Assembly (NCBI RefSeq): GCF_020745735.1
Contig: NC_083448.1
Span: 6,942,006 to 7,006,005, forward strand
Reading direction: 5' to 3'
DNA length: 64,000 bases
Origin: Hemiscyllium ocellatum
Lineage: Eukaryota
Both the position numbers and the translations under genes were made by a program. The notes under the pieces are model-generated. The model was not told the origin of the DNA and ran no database searches. It was given only the letters and a program-made list of their open reading frames with translations. Each line of letters begins with the position of its first letter. Position 1 is the stretch's first letter. Below are positions 48,556 to 61,039 of the stretch, piece after piece.

Positions 48556-49139
48556 GGCTCTCCCGGCGGGGGAAGCCCGTCTCCCGGTCTCTCTCTCTCT
48601 CTCTCCCTCCCTGCTTTCTTCCTGCAGCCACCCCCTGAGTCCAGAGCCAGGAGAAGGAGGAAGGAGCCCGGGGACAAGGGAAGGGAGGGCCACAGTCTGA
48701 CAGTGTGTGTGTAGGAGGAGTGAAGGAGGAGGTAGGTACAGGAGGGCAGGCTGTAGGAGGAGTCGGGTGTGTGTTTGTGTGGTTTGCAAGGTTCAGGATG
48801 GGGATTTTGAGGAGGGGTCAGTTAGGTGTTTGGTACTGGGGGGGGGGGGGGGGGGGGGGGTGTTGGAGTTTGTAGGTCACCAAAGTGCTGCAGGTGGGGG
48901 AGGAGGAGAGGTCAAGGTCTTGGCTCCGAAGATTGAGATGTTTGTTGCAAGAGTGAGGTGACAGGTTGGGGGGTTCGGTCTTTGGAAGAAAGTTGGGGGT
49001 CTTGGGTTCGGGTCATTCGGTCAGGGAGGTGGGGGGGGGGAAGGTCAAGGCGAGGGAAGGCCTCAGGTCTCAGGGTGGGGGAGAGGAGAGGTTTCTGGAG
49101 CGGAAAGGTAAGGTCGCGGGGAGTGGGATTGAGATCACT

Positions 49140-50750
49140 GGGTGAGGGTGCGGTCTCCGGGTGTGTTCTGGGTGAGGGTGCAGTCTCCGGGTGTGTTCTG
49201 GGTGAGGGTGTGGTCTCGGTGTGGTCTGGGTGAGGGTATGGTCTCGGTGTGGTCTGAATGAGGGTGTGGTCTCCGGGTGTGTTCTGGGTGAGGGTGGGGT
49301 CTCTGGGTGTGTTCTGGGTGAGGTTGCGGTCTCCAGGTGTGTTCCGGGTGAGGGTATGGTCTTGGTGTGTTCCTGGTGAGGGTATGGTCTCAGTGTGTTC
49401 TGGGTGAGGGGACGATCTCCGGGTGTGTTCCCGGTGAGGGTATGGTCTCAGTGTGGTCTGGATGAGGGTGTGGTCTCTGGGTGAGGGTACGGTCCTGGTG
49501 TGTTTCGGGTGAGGGTGGGGTCTCCGGGTGTGTTCCGGGTGAGGGTGGGGTGTCCGGGTGTGTTCCGGGTGAGGGTGGGGTCTCCGGGTGCCGTCTGGGT
49601 GAGAGTGGGGTCTCCGGGTGTGTTCTGGGTGAGGGTGGAGTCTCCGGGTGTGTCCCGGGTGCGGGTGGGGTCTCCGAGTGTGTTCCGGGTGAGTGAGGGG
49701 TCTCCGGGTGAGGGTGCGGTCTCCGGGTGTGTTCTGGGGAGGGCGCGGTCTCTGGGTGTGTTCTGGGTGAGAGTGCGGTCTCTGGGTGTGTTCCGGGTGA
49801 GGGTGGGGTCTCCGGGTGTGTTCCGGGTGAGGGTGGGGTCTCCGGGTGTGTTCTGGGTGAGGGTGCGGTCTCTGGGTGTGTTCTGGGTGAGGGTGCGGTC
49901 TCCGGGTGTGTTCCGGGTGAGGGTGGGGTCTCCGGGTGTGTTCCGGGTGAGGGTGGGGTCTCCGGGTGTGGTCCGGGTGAGGGTGGGGTCTCTGGGTGTG
50001 TTCCGGGTGGGTGTGTTCCGGGTGAGGATGGGGTCTCTGGGTGTGTTCCGGGTGAGGGTGCGGTCTCCGGGTGTGTTCCGGGTGAGTGAGGGGTCTCCGG
50101 GTGTGGTCCGGGTGAGGGTGGGGTCTCCGGGTGTGTTCCCGGTGAGGGTATGGTCTCTGGGTGTGGTCTGGGTGAGGGTGGGGTCTCCAGGTGTGTTCTG
50201 GGGAGGGGTGCGGTCTCTGGGTGAGGGTGCGGTCTCCGGGTGTGTTCCGGGTGAGGGTGGGTTCTCCGGGTGTGTTCTGGGGAGGGTGGGGTCTCCAGGT
50301 GAGGGTGGGGTCTCCGGGTGTGTTCTGGGGCGGGTGGGGTTTCCGGGTGTGTTCTGGGGAGGGTGGGGTGTCCGGGTGTGTTCTGGGTGAGGTGGGGTGT
50401 CCGGGTGTGTTGCGGGTGAGGGTGGGGTCTTCGGGTGTGTTCTGGGGAGGGTGGGGTCTCCGGGTGTGGACTGGGTGTGGGTGGGGTCTCCGGGTGTGTT
50501 CCGGGTGAGGGTGCGGTCTCCGGGTGTGTTCCGGGTGAGGGTGCGGTCTCCGGGTGTGTTCCGGGTGAGGGTGCGGTCTCCGGGTGTGGACTGGATGAGG
50601 GTGGGGTCTTCGCGTGTGTTCTGGGTGAGGGTGCGGTCTCCGGGTGTGTTCAGGTGAGGGTGGGGTCTCCGGGTGTGTTCTGGGTGAGGGTGCAGTCTCC
50701 GCGTGGGCACAGGGTGAGGGTGGGGTCTCCGGTTGGGCACTTGGTGAGTG
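49140..50750. repeat. 30-bp minisatellite GGTGAGGGTG(G/C)GGTCTCCGGGTGTGTTC(C/T)G, ~50 copies, upstream of FHIP2B
   Basis: Directly visible tandem array that decays gradually towards ~50980. Confidence 0.95.
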
Positions 50751-51809
50751 TCTCTGGGGGAGTACTGAGTGAGGGTGTTGTCTCTGGCTGTGTTTTAGAT
50801 GAGAGTGCAATCTTCGGATGGGTTCTCAATGAGGGTGCACCGTCTGGGTGCATTCCAGGTGGGAGTTGAATCTCTGAGTGGGTTCCAGATGTGAGTGCAG
50901 TCCCAGGGTGGGTTCAAGGTGAGTGTGCTGTCTGTGTGAGTTTCGGCTCGGTTCCAGGAGGGTGTGAGGTTTGGGGGTAGTCCTCTTCTCTGAGCCAATT
51001 GGCCAGAACCGAATTCTGTGATTTGCCATTTGCCGGCAGTTTATCATTGCCTGGCTCAGTTATTCTCTGTTCATTGAGAAGTGAAAATTCACCAAGAAAT
51101 GGTCTCCATAAAATCAGGATTCCCTTACATTCCCTTCTCATCTTCAGAGAATCACATAATCCCTTCAACATTTCTGAGCTTTCATAACAACACTCTCTAT
51201 TACCCCTGAACAATTCATTACTCGACCTTAATTCAGAGCTTTGCAATAAATCCATAATGTTAATTTTTAGTCATTTGTGCAGCACGAGAGATCCAGTCTG
51301 CTGCTGCTGCTGTCATTGGCGATGAATTGACAATCACTGCTGTTTCAGTAGTTCCAGGGGTTGTGGCTGTTTCTGAGGCGACTCTCCAGAACCACAGCTC
51401 CATCTACAACAATGAGGTGGGGCAACCACTCTGTTTGGACTTTGTACTTTGACAGGGAAGAGTCATGTTTTACACTCACACCATCCCCTGGGAGTGTATA
51501 GCCTCCCTCAGTTCTGCTTTCTTGCACTTCGAAGTTGTCAATGCTGCGATTAATCTTTCTTGTCCAGCCACAGCTACATGGTCCTGACCCTTCACGTCTG
51601 TGGAGAGACCACGAAACGTTTCAACTTCTTCCTCTGAACCCATCAAAGTTTGAAGCCTGAGCGAACCGACCACCAACAACGTGAAAGCCATTTTTCGACG
51701 TGTTTTTCTTTTGCAAAGTTCTTCATTTCATGGAACAGTCAAGGTGCAGACTTTAGTTGGTGCAAGCTCTTGGGATGTGAGGGAAAGTGCGCGAGTGAAT
51801 TAGGTTCCC

Positions 51810-52100
51810 CAGTGGATCAGTGGTGAGCCCCTGCTGCCTCACAGCACCAAGGTCCTCGTTTCGATTACAAACTATCTGTGTGGAGTTTGCACATTCTCCC
51901 TGTGTCTGTATGGGTTTCCCTCTGGGTGCTCCGGTTTCCGCAGATGTGCAGGTCAGGTGAATTGGCCATGCTGCATTGCCCACAGTACTAGGGGTGCATT
52001 AGTCAGGGGTAAATGGATCTGGGTGGGTTACTCTTCGGAGGGTCAGTGTGGACTTGTTGGGCCGAAGAGCTTGCTTCCACACTGTAGGGAATCTAATCTC
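51810..52100 (+). mobile_element. HE1-like SINE
   Basis: ctgctgcctcacagc..tgtgtggagtttgcacattctccc..gaatctaatct tail. Confidence 0.8.
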
Positions 52101-52552
52101 ATTTCTGGTCACATGTGTTCTAGCAGGTTTGATAAGATGATAAAATTCCCTTCGTTTTCTTTCTTTCCAGAGATGTTACCAAACCCGCTGAGTTTCTCCC
52201 CCCAGTGTTATCTATATTTATTTCACATTTCTAGCATCCGCAGTAGTTTGGCTTTCTGATTGGTAATTTGCCAATGACCTTGGAACAAGGCAGTGCATGA
52301 TCTCTGTTCTGTCCCCTCTCTTCCCCCACCACGCCAGAAGCAGACAAACTTCTGCACTCGCACATGCTGCAGATGTGAATCAACAGTTGACAGTGGAACT
52401 CTGCAATGCTCTTGCATTTGCTGGAGTACACACATATTCTCGGGTACACTCAATCCCCTCTCCTTCGCATGCTAGGAGGACGATATTCTGTTAAACCGGT
52501 GCAAAGTAATCCCCTTCTGTATCTATCTACTTTTTATTGGACTCGATCATAA

Positions 52553-55500
52553 ATAGAACATAGAACAGTACAGCACAGAACAGGCCCTTCAGCCCATGAT
52601 GTTGTGCCAACCACTGATCCTCATGTACGCACCCTCAAACTTCTGTGACCATATGCATATCCACGAGTCTCTTAAATGTCTCCAATGACCTTGCTTCCAT
52701 AACTGCTGCTGGCAACGCATTCCATGCTCTCACAACTCTGTGTAAAGAACCTGCCTCTGACATCCCCTCTGTACTTTCCTCCAACCAGCTTAAAACTATG
52801 ACCCCTCGTGTTAGCCATTTCTGCCCTGGAAAATAGTCTCTGGCTATCGACTCTATCTGTGCCTCTCATTATCTTGTATACCTCAGTTAGGTCCCCTCTC
52901 CTCCTCCTTTTCTCCAATGAGAAAAGTCCGAGCTCAGTCAACCTCTCTTCATAAGATAAGCCCTCCAGTCCAGGCAGCATCCTGCTAAACCTCCTCTGAA
53001 CCCTCTCCAAAGCATCCACGTCTTTCCTATAATAGGGTGACCAGAATTGGACGCAGTATTCCAAGTGCGGTCTAACCAAAGTTTAATAGAGCTGTAACAA
53101 GATCTCACGACTCTTAAACTCAATCCCCCTGTTAATGAAAGCCAAAACAACATATGCTTTCTTAACAACCCTGTCCACTTGGGTGGCCATTTTAAGGGAT
53201 CTATGTACCTGCACACCAAGATCCCTCTGTTCCTCCACACTGCCAAGAATCCTATCCTTAATCCTGAACTCAGCTTTCAAATTCAACCTTCCAAAATACA
53301 TCACCTCACATTTATCCAGGTTGAACTCCCATCTGCCACCTCTCAGCCCATCTCTGCATCCTGTCAATGTCCCGCTGCAGCCTACAACAGCCCTCTATAC
53401 TGTCAATGACACCTCCAACCTTTGTGTTGTCTGCAAACCTGCTGACCCATCCTTCAATCCCCTCATCCAAGTCATTAATAAAAATTACAAAGAGTAGAGG
53501 CCCAAGGACAGAGTCCTGTGGAACACCACTCACCACTGACAACCAGGCAGAATATTTTCCTTCTACTACTACTCGCTGTCTTCTGTTGGTCAGCCAATTC
53601 TGTATCCAGACAGCTAAGTTCTCCTGGATCCCATTCCTCCTGACCTTCTGATTGATCTACCATGGGGAACCTTATCAAATGCCTGACTGAAGTCCACATA
53701 CACCACATCCACAGCTCGACCCTCATCAACTTTTCTCGTCACATCCTCAAAGAACTCGATAAGGTTTGTGAGGCATGACCTGCCACTCACAAAGCCGTGT
53801 TGACCGCATTTAATCAAGCCATGCTCTTCCAGATGGTCATAAATCCTATCCCTCAGAATCCTTTCCAACACCTTGCAGACGACAGACGTGAGACTTATTG
53901 GTCTGTAATTGCCCTATTTCCTTTCTTGAAGAGAAGAATTACATTTGCCTCTCTCCAGTCCTTAGGTACGACTCCAGTGGAGAGCAAGGATGCAAAGATC
54001 TTCGCAAGTGGCGAAGCAATCGCATTTCTCGTTTCCCAAAGCAGCCGAGGACAAATCTCGTTCAGGCCTGGCGACTTGTCAATCTTAATGTTTGACAAAA
54101 TTTTCAGCACATCAGCTTCCTCTAGTTCTATCCATTCCAGCATGCACACCTGCTCTTCAAATGTTTCATTCACTACAAAGTTTGTTTCTTTCGTAAAGAC
54201 AGAAGCAAAATACTCATTTAGGGCTTCCCCTACCTCCTCAGACTCCACACACAAGTTCCCTATGCTATCCCTGATCGGCCCTACTGTTTCTTTGACCATT
54301 CTCTTATTCCTCACATAACTGTAAAATGCCTTTGTGTTCTCCCTAATCCGTTCTGCCAAGCCTTTCTCGTGCCACCTCCTGGCTCTTCTCAGACCATTTT
54401 TGAGCTCCTTCCTTGCCTGCCTGTAACCCTGTAAAGCTGAGCTTGACCCTAGCTTCCTCCACCTTACGTAAGCAACCTTTTTCCTTTTGACGAGAAGTTC
54501 CACCGCTCTCGACATCCAAGGTTCCTTTATCTTACCACTTCTTGCCTGTCTCAGAGGGACATATTTATTCATCACTTGCAACAACTGTTCCTTAAACAGT
54601 CTCCACATGTCTATAATGCCTTTCCCATGGAACAATTGCTCCCAGTCCATGCTTCCTAACTCATGTCTAATCGCATCATCGTTTCTTCTTCCCCAATTAA
54701 ATATCCTCCCATTTTGCCTAATCCTTTCCTTCTCCATAGCTATGTAGAATGTGAGGCAGTTGTGGTCACTATCACCAAAATGCTCTCCCACCACAAGATC
54801 TGATACCTGCCCCGGCTCGTTTCCGAGCACCAAGTCTAGGATGGCCTCTCCCCTCGTCGGCCTGTCAACGTACTGAGTTAGGAAACCCTCCTGAACACAC
54901 CTTACAAAAACAGCTCCATTCAAATCTTCTGCTCGAAGGAGGTTCCAATCAATATTGGGAAAGTTAAAGTCACCCATTGCAACAACCCAACTATGTCCAC
55001 ACTTTTCCAAAATCTGCCGACCTATGCTTTCTTCCATCTCCCTGCTGCTATTGGGGGGCCTGTAGTAAACCCCTACCGAGGTCACTGCTCCCTTGTTGTT
55101 CCTAATTTCCACCCATACTGACTCGGTAGGCAGATCTTCCTCGACAATGGAACCTTCTTTAGCTGCGATACCCTCTCTGATTAGTAGTGCTACACCCCCT
55201 CCTCTTTTTTCCCCCCTCCCCATTCTTTTTAAATGCTCTAAACCCTGGAACATCCAGCAACCATTCCTGCCCCTGAGAAACCCATGTCTCTGTTATGGCC
55301 ACAACATCACAACACTAGGTACTGATCCATGCTCTAAGTTTGTCACTTTTATTTCTGATACTCCTTGCGTTAAAGCAACCACACTTTAACTGATCCCTTG
55401 GTTCCTTCCCAGGAAAATCCTTCCTACCAGCTGGTCTACCTCTTGCTATTGCCTCATCTGCATCAACTCTCACCTCCAGTATACAACTCAGGTTCCCACC

Positions 55501-56126
55501 CCCCTGTCATAGTAGTTTAAACCCTCTCGAACTACTCCAGCAATCCTTCCACCCAGGACATTGGTCCCCTTCCAGTTCAGATGCAACCTGTCCTTCTTGT
55601 ACAGGTCCCACCTTCCCCAGAAGGCATCCCAATTATCTACATATCTGAAGCCCTCCCTCCTACACCAGCTGCGTAAAGCTGTGCCCGCTCCCTGTTCCTT
55701 GCCTCGCTGTCTCGTGGCACCGGTAGTAAACTAGAGAACACTACTCTGTTCGTCCTGCTTTGCAGCTTCCATCCTAACTCCCTGAAATCACTTTTTATAT
55801 CATCGATCCTTTTCCTGACTATATCATTAGTGCCAATATGTAACACGATTTCTGGCTGTTCGCCCTCCCCTTTTAGAACCTTATACACCCGATTGGAGAC
55901 GTCCCGGACCCTGGCACCAGGGAGGCAATAAACCTTCCAGGAATCCCGATCCTGACCACAAACTCTCCTGTTGATTCCCCATAACTATCGAGTCCCCTAC
56001 CACGAGTACTTTTCTATTCTGCCCCCTTCCCTTCTTTGCCACAGTGTCAGGCTCAGTGCCAGAGAACTGATTGCTATAGCTTTCCACTGGTAGGTCATCC
56101 CCCCTCCCCCCAGCAATATCCAAAGT
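52553..56126 (-). mobile_element. Long 5'-truncated CR1 LINE (ORF1 SGNH esterase part, ORF2 APE + RT), frameshifted
   Basis: KVLVVGDSIV and IVLHIGTNDI (esterase); GVYYRPP, MGDFNFP, SDH (APE); DFSQAFDKV, SGVPQDSVLGPLLF, FADNTK (RT); ttctatg-type 3' tail. Confidence 0.95.
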
Positions 56127-56989
56127 GAGGTTTATTGACTGAGGAAAAATGAAAATATTGCATTGACGGAGAACCCTTCCTGACCTCAGACTGCCTGAAT
56201 GTATTTTAGGCCAGTTTAGTACATTTTGGAACCTGGATCCTGTGAGATGTGGCAGCCAATTTGTTGTGATTTCCCACGCACTGTAATGCAATTGTGACCA
56301 GGCAACTGGTTTCAGTGATGTTGGTTGTGGACAGTGAAGTTGATCAGTCAGGACTGACCCTCTGACAGGGCAGTGTTCCCTCAGGACTGACCATCAGTCT
56401 GACCCTCTGGTTGTCCTGTACTCCCTCCGTGCTGAGGACTGAGGGATGGGCTGTCAACTCAGGCTCCCTGAAATCACGTATGCTTTCTCCGATGAAGGCA
56501 TAATTATCTCCAGTCACCACAAAGTTAAAAAATCGTTGCACAATGAAATCATACCATGTTCAATTTATAAACAAATGTAATACAGAGACAAGATGTACAA
56601 TTCTGATAATTTTATGAGTGTGTTGGTATTGTTCCGTGACATTCAAATTGTTCTTTTGCTCCAATATGTGAAATACATGTTTTAATTATTGGTGAAACCT
56701 GTTTCTTTCCTCCTTCTGCAATGTCCCTTGGACAATGAAACGGGCTAAGCTGTCTTTCCAGTCTCCTTGATCCATGTGGTCGTGAAAGCAGGCAGGAACA
56801 ATCAGTTATTCAGACTGCAGTATCACCAACCCTGAGGGCTGCATCTATCTTCTGTTTTGGTCACACATTGGCATTCAGCAGTGATAAATCTGGCTTGAAT
56901 CTGCCACCCCAAGTGCCCAGTCCACAAGGCTGACAGTGAACATCTCTACTGCTGATGTGGCTAGAATGAGCTTCCTCAACACCCGAGAG

Positions 56990-57260
56990 CCATAGAGATC
57001 TCCAGCACGGAAACAGACCTTTCGGTCCAACTTGCCTGTACCAACCAGGTATCCTAACTTAATCTCGTCCCACTTACCAGCAATATTCCACTTAAACCCT
57101 TCCTATTCATATACCCATCCAGATGCCTTTTAAATTGTACCAGCCTCCACCACTTCCTCTGGCAGCTCATTCCATTCACGCACCACCCTCTGTATGAAAC
57201 AGTTGCCTCTTAATTCTTTCTAATTCTTTCCCCTCTCACCATTAACCTCTGCCCTCTACT
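56990..57260 (-). mobile_element. CR1 3' end fragment
   Basis: cagcctccaccacttcctctggcagctcattcca motif, shared with ~14800 and ~58800. Confidence 0.7.
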
Positions 57261-58037
57261 TCTGCACTCTGCCTGTTTGTTAAGTGAGTTACCACATAGA
57301 ATCCTAGGAAGTGTTTGCCATCGCCAACTTACCCTTCATGGGGCATCTCAGCCTTGTTTCTGTTAACTCCAGACAGGCTAGGACATAGCGAGGAAGCCCT
57401 TTGAAAGGGCGATCGGGCCTGGAGAGCATGTTTATGCTCACTGCGGTCAGCATCACCACTTTGCATCAGGACCTTTCAAAGTTTTTACGCTGTGCTTTGA
57501 ATAAAGGATCAATTGGTCACTTCCTGTTAGGTTAAGTTGACCAGAGGGTTGGTGACATCTGTGGTCCTGTTGCTGCTGTGGCCTGGGTTGGCAGATGGCG
57601 GGGGATGGAGGTGGGGCCAAAATATAATTTGGAAACTTGGGAGGGGGGGGGAACACACATTTGGTTTAGAAAGTCCGCATTTCCAAAATAAACATGTCGT
57701 CATTTTGCGTTTACAACATTAGCTTGCATTAAAAGTAAACAGAGTGATGCTATTGTAGGCTTTTGGAATCCAACTGTCCAGTCAGGTCATAGTCCAATTC
57801 TTTTTCATCTTATTACAGAGTCACCCTTGATACAGCTCACAGACTGTCATGAAAACCAGACCTCTTCGTGGTGTTACGTTTCTTTAAGTGTCAGAGATGA
57901 CAAGTGAATCCAGTATTGTGTTTTCCTTCGCATGATCCACATGCTGACGCCAATATTTACATTGCTGAGATTCCGCAAACTGGGCATATTCACATGACAG
58001 TTCTTTGCAAAATAATTGCATTTTTGCACACGTTTGC

Positions 58038-58825
58038 TTAGACTGAAGACTTCATCTCCCATTCCTGTAAAGAGAGGAGGACCACGTAAGTTGGGATAGC
58101 GCAGTGGCGCAGTGAGATGTGTCCCTGATCAATGTGATTGAGATTAAATGTCAATGAAATAAGCACCCTGGGTCGGAATTCACAGTTTGTGTTTCTCCCG
58201 AACTAAGCACCTGAGCTGAAGGACTGTGGTTTCCAATGCAACAGACCTGCAGAGTTGAAAGAAGATAGGAAATAGGAGCGGAGGTGGGCTATTTGGACCA
58301 TCGAGCATGCTCCACTATTCAATAAGATCATGGCTGATCTCTAATGGACTCAGCTCCACTTACTGGCCCACTCATCATAGCCCTTAAATCCCTTACTGTT
58401 CAAAAGTCTGTCTTTTCCTCAAAAACATTCCACAAGGTCGCTTAACTATTGCATTCGGCATGAAATTCCACAGATTCGCAACTCAGTCTGAAATCTGCTC
58501 CCCCTTATTTTGAGGCTGTGCCCCTTTTTTTTTTGTTCTGTGAGAGTTGCAAAGTTGCCACAAATAGCAAGGGGAAAGTGACCATTTTGTGAAGTTTGCT
58601 GGACATTGGTCAAGAGACCAGGGAAAGGTTCTATTCTTCATAGTCACTGAGCTGTACAGCATGAAAACAGACCCTTCAGTCCATGCTGACCAGATATCTG
58701 AAATTAATCTAGTCCCGTTTGCCAGCATTTGGTCCATAACTCTCTCAACCTTTCCTATTTTTATACCTATCCAGATGCCTTTTAAATCTTGTCCCAGCCT
58801 CAACCACTTCCTCTGGCAGTTCATT

Positions 58826-58861
<36 letters not shown>

Positions 58862-61039
58862 CCCTCAGTGTGAAAACATTGCTCCTTCGGTCTCTTTCAA
58901 ATCTTTTCCCCTCCCACCTTAAATCTCTGCTTGCTAGCTTTGGACGTCACCCCAAGGAAAATACTGTGTCTATTTATCCTATCCGTGCCCCCTCATGATT
59001 TTGTAAACCTCTATCACGTCACCCCTCAGCCTCCGATGCTCCAGGGAAAATAGCCCCAGCCTGTTTAGCCTCTCCCTGCAGCTCAAACCCTGACACCCTC
59101 CTTGTAAATCTTTTCTGAACCCTTTCAAGTTTCACAACCTTGTTCCTGCAGCGGGGAGACCAGAATTGCACGCAAAGTCCCAAACGTGACCGAACCAATG
59201 TCTTGTACAGCCGCACTTTCTTTAACACTTCCGTGTGGTTTCTCACACACCCAAAAGGCGGGGGGGGGGGGGGGGGGGTGGAAATCAGTCTCAGTTTAAT
59301 GCCTCCCTTGAAAGACAGCACATCCAACATGACAGCACCCCTTCAGTCTTGTGTGAATAGATTTTGCACTCAAGTCATGACGGGGGAACCTTAAACCATG
59401 ACTTCAAAAGCAAGATTGCTAACTGCTGAGTCATGGCTGACCCTGCTGTGGGGATGCATGAGCCACTTTTGTGAACCAAATGGTTCACGGGCTCTGAAGT
59501 TTGATTTTCTTTTCTGTCATAAAATCAGCAGAAAGGTGATGGAATGGAGTGTGCAGGCCAAAATTGATGGAGGGGCAGATCGTATTGAGGAGGTAGGGAG
59601 AGAGTGGGCAAGGAATTTGCAGATGAAATACACTGTGGGAAAAGTGTAAGGTCGTGCATTTTGGTTCGGAGAATTGACTATTTTTAAAACAGGGAGAAAG
59701 ATTCCGAAATCTGAAGTGTGAAGGGACTTGAGAGTCCTCATTCAGGTTTCCTTTAATGGAAACATGCAGGTTGGGTCAGTTAATAAGGCAAATACAATGT
59801 TTACATAGACCTCTGTCAGATTAGATTAGATTCCCTACGGTGTGGAAACAGGCCCTTCGGCCCAACCAGTCCACACCGACCCTCCGAAGAGTAACCCATC
59901 CAGACCCATTTCCCTCTGACTGAAGCACCTGACACTATGGGCAATTTAGCATGGCCAATTCACCTAAACCTGCACATCTTTGGACTGTGGGAGGAAACCA
60001 GAGCACCCGGAGGAAACCCACGCAGACACGGGGAGAATGTGCAAACTCCACACAGTCAGTCGCCTGAGGCTGGAATCAAACTTGGGACCCTGGTGCTATG
60101 AGCCACTGTGCCGCCTGCTGTTGTCATTCATCTGGAGAGGACTAGAATATTAAAGTAGAGATGCACTTCTGAGGCTTTATAAGGATCTGGTCAGACTGTA
60201 TTTAGAGTACTGTGAGCAATTTTTAGCCCCATACCTCAGGAAACAAGTATTGGCCCTGGAGCGGGTCCAGAGGACAGTGATACCAGGAATAAAAGGCTTA
60301 ACATATGGGGATCATTTGAGGACTCTTGAACTCTACTCAATGGAGTTGGGAAGGATGAGGGGAGATCTGACTGAAACTTAGAGAATCCTGAACGGCCTGG
60401 AGAGAGTGGACGTTGGGGTGATGCTTCCATTGGCAGGAGAGACGAGGACCCAAGGGCACAGCCTTCGAGTCAAGGGAAGACCATTTCGACCAGGGAGAAG
60501 GAGACACTTCTGAAGCCAGAGAGTGGCGAATCTGTGGAATTCATGACCACAGAAGGCTGTGGAGGCCTGGTCACCGAGTATATCTAAAACAGAGAGAGAT
60601 AAGCTCTTGATTGCTAAGGGGATCAAAGGTTACAGGGAGAAAGCAGGAAAATGGGATTGAGAAGCCTATCATCCATGATTGAATGATGGACCAGACTCGC
60701 TGGGCTGAATGGCCTAATTTCTGCTCCTCTGGTGTTGTGGTCTTAAAATCTCTGACATGTGACAGTTCTGGCTAAAAGTGCCACTGACTAAAAGGCAAAT
60801 TCTCTTTCTCTCTCCACAGATGCTCCCCGACCTGCGGCTATCCAGCGTTCTTCTGTTCTTCCCAAGAGGGATCTCTGAATCGCAGACCAACTCGCAAAGA
60901 GATCGTCAAAGAGGTGAGGGATACATACCTTTGTTTTCTGAAGGACTCTGCCCTTTTCGACCACCGTGATGGACGGTGTCCTTCTCAGAGTGCTTTTGGC
61001 TGACGCTGTGCGTCTTAAGATTGGGCTGATAATCGGGCC
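58038..61039 (-). CDS. AFAP1-family (actin filament-associated protein) gene, last two coding exons; rest lies beyond the right edge
   Basis: Exon 60929-61039 (acceptor tttctcgttcaattgacag, donor AAAG|gtatgt, 111 nt, phase 0) encodes GPIISPILRRTASAKSTLRRTPSITVVEKGRVLQKTK. Exon 58038-58064 (acceptor ctcctctctttacag) encodes EWEMKSSV*. The joined GRVLQKTKEWEMK matches the family C-terminus as recalled (AFAP1L1 GRVLQKAKEWEMKKT, AFAP1 GHVLRKAKEWELK, AFAP1L2 GTVLQKAKEWEKK). The paralog is not assigned. Confidence 0.8.
58260..59215 (-). mobile_element. CR1 3' fragments containing a (CA)n microsatellite (58827-58860)
   Basis: LYKTLVRSRLGLCVQFWSP..LERVQKRFTR. Confidence 0.75.
59520..60745 (+). mobile_element. 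CR1 fragment interrupted by a minus-strand HE1-like SINE (59818-60115)
   Basis: Decayed CR1 RT C-terminus on both sides of the SINE. Confidence 0.75.

Noticed and set aside
48912-50810. 632-aa His/Pro/Arg repeat ORF
   Set aside because: It is the translation of a 30-bp tandem repeat, open in several frames and on both strands.
53895-55253. 452-aa ORF as a host or domesticated gene
   Set aside because: It is part of CR1 ORF2; the flanking frameshifts and the FADN change in the RT motif indicate a dead copy.
57874-61039. Alternative phase-1 reading of the two AFAP-like exons giving a prohormone-looking peptide (..SKR-VQKCNYFAKNC..)
   Set aside because: The phase-0 frame matches the AFAP1-family terminus. 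The Cys spacing fits no peptide family I recognise and there is no amidation Gly, so this is probably a chance open frame.
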